Shown one piece after another: positions 59,474 through 64,000 of a DNA stretch of 64,000 bases; the stretch's first letter is position 1; each line of letters starts with the position of its first letter. This DNA is from Selaginella moellendorffii (lineage: Eukaryota > Plantae > Lycopodiophyta): NCBI RefSeq assembly GCF_000143415.4, contig NW_003314338.1, positions 738,216 to 802,215 on the forward strand, in the 5' to 3' direction. The translations under genes and the position numbers were made by a program. The notes beneath the pieces are model-generated. The model worked only from the letters and a program-made list of their open reading frames with translations. It ran no database searches and had not been told where the DNA came from.

Positions 59474-60603
59474 ATGGCGGCGTCGGCTTCGGCGATCAGC
59501 AGCTCCTCCTTCTCCGGCCAGACTGCGCTCAAGAGCCCCAATGAGCTCTCCAGGAAGGTCGGAAATCTGGGAGAGGCACGCACCGTGATGAGGCGAACCA
59601 GGGCCAGCACTCCCGATAGCATTTGGTAAGTCGAGATCTCCCTCTCCAGCAACCTGCATTCCCTGTTTCGTGTAGAAGAAAGTAGCAATACCTTGATCGC
59701 GGAGCTCCATTTCTTAAAAGATCATAGTCGCTGATCTTCACACCATTTCCTCCGCGTTCTTGAAAGATATAGCTTTGTTGTCTCCATACCATTTCCTTCG
59801 AGCTCTTGAAAGTTCATAGTCGCTAACTTTGTTATCTCCACACCATTTCCTTCGAGCTCTTCAAAGCTCACAGTCGCTGACTTGGTTGTCTCCACACCAT
59901 TTCCTTCGAGCTCTTGAAAGATCATAGTCGCTAACTTTGTTGTATCCACAGGTATGGTCCAGACCGACCAAAGTTCCTCGGCCCCTTCTCCGAGCAGACA
60001 CCCTCCTACCTCACCGGCGAGTTTCCTGGCGACTACGGCTGGGATACCGCGGGTCTCTCGGCCGACCCCGAGACGTTCGCCAAAAACCGGGAGCTCGAAG
60101 TCATCCACTCCCGCTGGGCCATGCTCGGAGCTCTCGGCTGCGTCACCCCCGAGCTTCTCGCCAAGAACGGCATCAAGTTTGGCGAGGCTGTGTGGTTCAA
60201 GGCCGGCTCGCAGATCTTCAAGGAAGGTGGCCTCGACTACCTGGGAAATCCCAACCTCGTCCACGCACAGAGCATCCTTGCCATCTGGGCCAGCCAAGTT
60301 ATCCTCATGGGAGCCGTCGAAGGCTACAGAGTTGGAGGTGGACCGCTCGGCGAGGGACTGGACAAGATCTACCCCGGAGGTGCGTTTGATCCGCTCGGAC
60401 TCGCTGACGACCCGGATACTTTCGCTGAGCTCAAGGTGAAGGAGTTGAAGAACGGCAGACTGGCGATGTTCTCCATGTTTGGTTTCTTCACTCAGGCCAT
60501 TGTTACAGGCAAGGGACCCATCGAGAACTTGCTCGACCACCTTGACAACCCCACCGTCAACAATGCCTGGGCGTATGCAACCAACTTCACTCCCGGATCT
60601 TAG
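59474..60603 (+). CDS. LHCB2: Light-harvesting chlorophyll a/b protein, Lhcb2-type (exons 59474-59625, 59952-60603)
   Basis: Transit peptide, then [13 protein letters not shown]|[31 protein letters not shown]...ELKNGRLAM; intron at the Lhcb2-typical position. Confidence 0.95.
59715..59950. repeat. 57-bp tandem repeat (~4 copies) inside the Lhcb intron
   Basis: Repeated ccatttccttcgagctcttgaaagatcatagtcgctaactttgttgt-like unit. Confidence 0.9.
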
Positions 60604-61005
60604 ACGCTTCAATTTGCAAAGAAAAAAAAGAAAAAGATGTTGTTCCGAGATCACTGTAAACCAGAATAAAACATGCTTACTTCTTGTCACTGTTGACACT
60701 TAGGAACTTGTTGTGAAGAGCAGTGATCCTGTTGGACTTGACAAAGAAGATCCCCGTGTGCCATCGAGGTTGCAAAGCTCCTCGTTGAGAACAGAATAAA
60801 AAAACTTTACGTGATTATACACGACATGGAACCATTTCCTGTTATCAAAGCTATGCATTGCCTCTGGAAAACTCATTGAGAATCAGCAAAAAGAAACAAG
60901 GAAGCCTGAACTAGTAACTTACCTTAATCGATTGTTGGGTGAACAAGCAGTGCCAAATCTCGTAAAAGACGGTATCAGACAAGTGAAACAAGAAAAACGA
61001 AAGAA

Positions 61006-63005
61006 TCAATTCCAAGGAGAGTTTTCTATAGGCATGAGAATGGACTTGTGCTGGAGATATGGAAGCAACCCTTCGTATCCATTCTCTCGACCGATTCCAC
61101 TCATCTTGTAGCCTCCAAACGGTACTGCTGGTCCTGCTCTCAGGTAGCAATTCACGTAGACAACGCCCGATTTGATCGACCTGGTCAGAAGATTGACTGT
61201 GTCAATGTTTTTGCTGAAGACCGCCGCTGCTAGACCGTAGTGTGTGCTGTTTGCAAGCTCCACGGCTTCGTCAAGAGTCCTGACTCAGTGAAGTAATGAC
61301 CATCAGATAAACCAAGGTATAAACGAAGTCTTCTTACTTGAACTTGAGCACTGAAAGCACGGGACCAAATATTTCCTCGTTGGCAATCTTCATGGATTGC
61401 TACACAAATGTCCTGGATGTTTTGAGAAAAGAGTAAGAGAATCTTAACACAGCAAACCTTGACGTCTCCAAAAATTGTTGGCTGGATGTAAAATCCTTTC
61501 TCGCCGATGCGTTTGCCTCCCACTAGAAGGCTGGCACCTTCTTTTTTTCCCGACTCAATGTAGCTCAAAACTTTGTCCAGCTGCTCCTGGTTGATCTGAT
61601 AAAACAGCTCGTGACTAGTATCCGAAAGATGAAGAGAAGATATTTTCTTACTTGGGGACCATTTTGGACTCCGGATTGGAAAGGATCTCCAATTACACGT
61701 TCGCTTGCCAGCTTGACAGACCTCTTGATAAACTCGTCATGAATACTTTCGTGAACAAAGACTCGCGATGCAGCAACACAGACTTGTCCCTGAAACACAT
61801 GTCATCATTTCCAAACAAGTTCCCATCCTGAAAATTTCACCTGATGCATGAAAATGGCATTTTGAGAAACGGCCACAGCCGAGTCCAAGTCGGCATCCTC
61901 GCAGATTATAAACGGAGATTTGCCACCAAGCTCCAGTGTGACGGGCTTTAAGTTGCTTCTCGCAGCACTCTCCATTATCATTCTTCCAACTTCAGTGGAA
62001 CCAGTAAATGTGACCTGAGGAAAAAAAGAACTTTTCTTTTCAACTTTTCTTTTCAATTGCAAGCTTTCTTACCTTATCCACGCTCATATGCTTCGAAATC
62101 GCGGCTCCTGCAGTGGGACCATAACCAGGAATAACATTGAGGACTCCCGCGGGAATCCCTGCCTATATTCGTGAAGAAAAAATGACTTTTTGTAGTGCAA
62201 GTCTTTCTTACCTCTTGAGAAAGACTCGCCAGGAGCAGTCCTGTCAAAGGTGTCTGCTCGGCAACCTTGACAACGATCGTATTTCCACAAGTTAACGCAG
62301 ACCCGACTTTGTTGAGAAACATATGAGCCGGGAAGTTCCACGGAACAATCGCTCCAACCACACCAATTGGCTCCAAAAGGGTGTAGCACATCCGAGTAGA
62401 ATCTGTTCGCAAGGTCTTTCCATTGAGCTTGTCAGCCCAGCCTGAGAAAAAAAAAGCCACTCCACTGGTTCAGCAGTGTTTCGATATTGAAAATATGTTT
62501 GTAGTACCTGCATTGTATCGCAGAGAGGCAACCGAACCCGCAATTATCCGCTTTGCTTAGATCGATCAACATTCCGTTGTTGAGGGTCTCAAGAGTTGCC
62601 AGTTCGTCGAGATGTTCCTCGATCACATCCGCGAACTTGTAAAGTATCCTTCCTCTTTCCTACCAAACGAGCATGAACAAAAGATAAATAAGAAGGAAGA
62701 AGGAAGACGGAAGAACTCACAGCAGCACCAAGGCGTGGCCAGGGCCCGTGGTCAAATGCTTCTCGCGCGGCTCTCACGGCCAGATCCACATCCGCCGCGT
62801 CTCCCTCGGCGACTTGAGCAATACATTCCGAGTTGCTGGGATTGAAAGTGGGGAACGTCTTGCCTGCGAAAGATCGACAAAACCATTTCACTCTCACCAC
62901 AAAAGCACAAGAAAAGCAAAGATCACAACCTGAGACAGCGTCCACGAATCGCCCATCGATGAAGAGCTTGGTGTGCTTGACGAGATCCTTGGCATCGCTC
63001 CCCAT
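61006..63005 (-). CDS. ALDH2: Aldehyde dehydrogenase family 2, cytosolic ALDH2C/REF1-like, with one apparent frameshift
   Basis: [63 protein letters not shown]; frameshift near 62545. Confidence 0.9.
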
Positions 63006-64000
63006 ATCTTTTTTACTTTGCTGCTATCCAAGCCTCGAGTAGTATATACCGGTGCGAATACCAATGCGATATGATATCGACGTGGACCTGTTATTTCAGT
63101 GGTAGGTATGGTGGCCAAAAACTTCGTAAAAAGGATTGACAAACGCAAATGTTGATAAACTAGCATCAAAACACATTTACCGTTCGGTGATGCAGCACTG
63201 TTAGGTGCGAAGATTGAAATAAGGGAGAGACAACTCACTTTCTCCGATGGTCACAGAAGTTGGGGGGTCTGCTTAAACATGAATCTTCACAGGACTCCTC
63301 TCAGTTAAATTGAGGCTCTCTCCAAACCTTAGAAAGATGTTGCCAAATTTTATGTCCATGATGTTTTTTCATCCCCAACATGCACTCTAAGCATTCATTC
63401 TACTTCATGAACTGAAGGAAAAACTTTAAAAAGAATATACAATATAACAATAATTTTAATTTTAAATATTCTAGACCCATCTTTCCTAGAATGCCTGCTA
63501 GAAGTACGTGATGCAAACCAGTATTAACAGCGTCTGGATGAAGAACACTCCCCATGAGTGTTTCCTCCTTGTCCTTGGAAATCAATCAAGCTGAGAAAGA
63601 ACTACTATAATCTGTCAGCTAGTGATGCTAAATTCTTGTGATATAATTTAACAACGACAAATTCTCCTGAATAAGTCGTATTCCAATGAGCTATAATTTG
63701 TAAACTCGTGATATACTTAACATCACTAGCCCAGTCAAACAAGGCGGCCTGAGATGCGCGTCACAGGAAATTTTCCGCAGTTTCCAATATAAATGATTAC
63801 ATCTTCTTCCTGCAATTCTCAAATACAATTCTTCGAGTTCATGGCGCTCTCAATCTGTTTATACTTTCTTCTAAGTTTAAGTGCCATCTCCATCTCTCAG
63901 GTCTTTACCTTTCTTATCTCGCACGAGACAATCTTTTAAAGCCCATAGTTTGATTTTATTTCCAGGGACGAGATCAAGGAGACACTCACATTGTCTATTT

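Noticed and set aside
59722-60699. 325-aa antisense ORF over Lhcb2 with [18 protein letters not shown] repeats
   Set aside because: Explained by codon bias opposite a highly expressed gene plus the 57-bp (3n) intron repeat; no real start or domain.
63400-64000. Possible coding fragment at the window end
   Set aside because: Stops in the frames examined and no recognisable motif.

Overview
Gene-dense eukaryotic nuclear DNA from a seed-free land plant. Very short introns (about 50-100 nt), sub-250-bp intergenic gaps, a PLS-class PPR gene, a flagellar PF20/SPAG16 gene and a Tcn1-type chromovirus point to a lycophyte such as Selaginella (inference). Genes: PPR-E, QCR7, VIT1, KAC kinesin-14, a divergent acyl-ACP thioesterase, prefoldin 2, LBD, PF20, an At2g33490-like protein, Alba, a PUB62-like U-box protein, an intronless STE20/BLUS1-like kinase, a SETD6-like methyltransferase, GRWD1, histone H3.3, Lhcb2 and an ALDH2 with a frameshift. 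Pseudogene remnants: F-box, subtilase, purple acid phosphatase. The centre (about 24.7-41 kb) is a rearranged block in which partial copies of the PF20 3' half plus an orphan ORF flank nested retroelements. One of these is a young full-length Ty3/gypsy element (29592-35177; 387-bp LTRs, ATTGG TSD). It has no tRNA PBS; instead a 14-nt sequence next to the LTR is complementary to its own predicted transcript 5' end (Tf1-type self-priming). It also carries a GGGAAAC slippery site followed by a predicted pseudoknot. Exon boundaries were read by eye and are approximate where noted.
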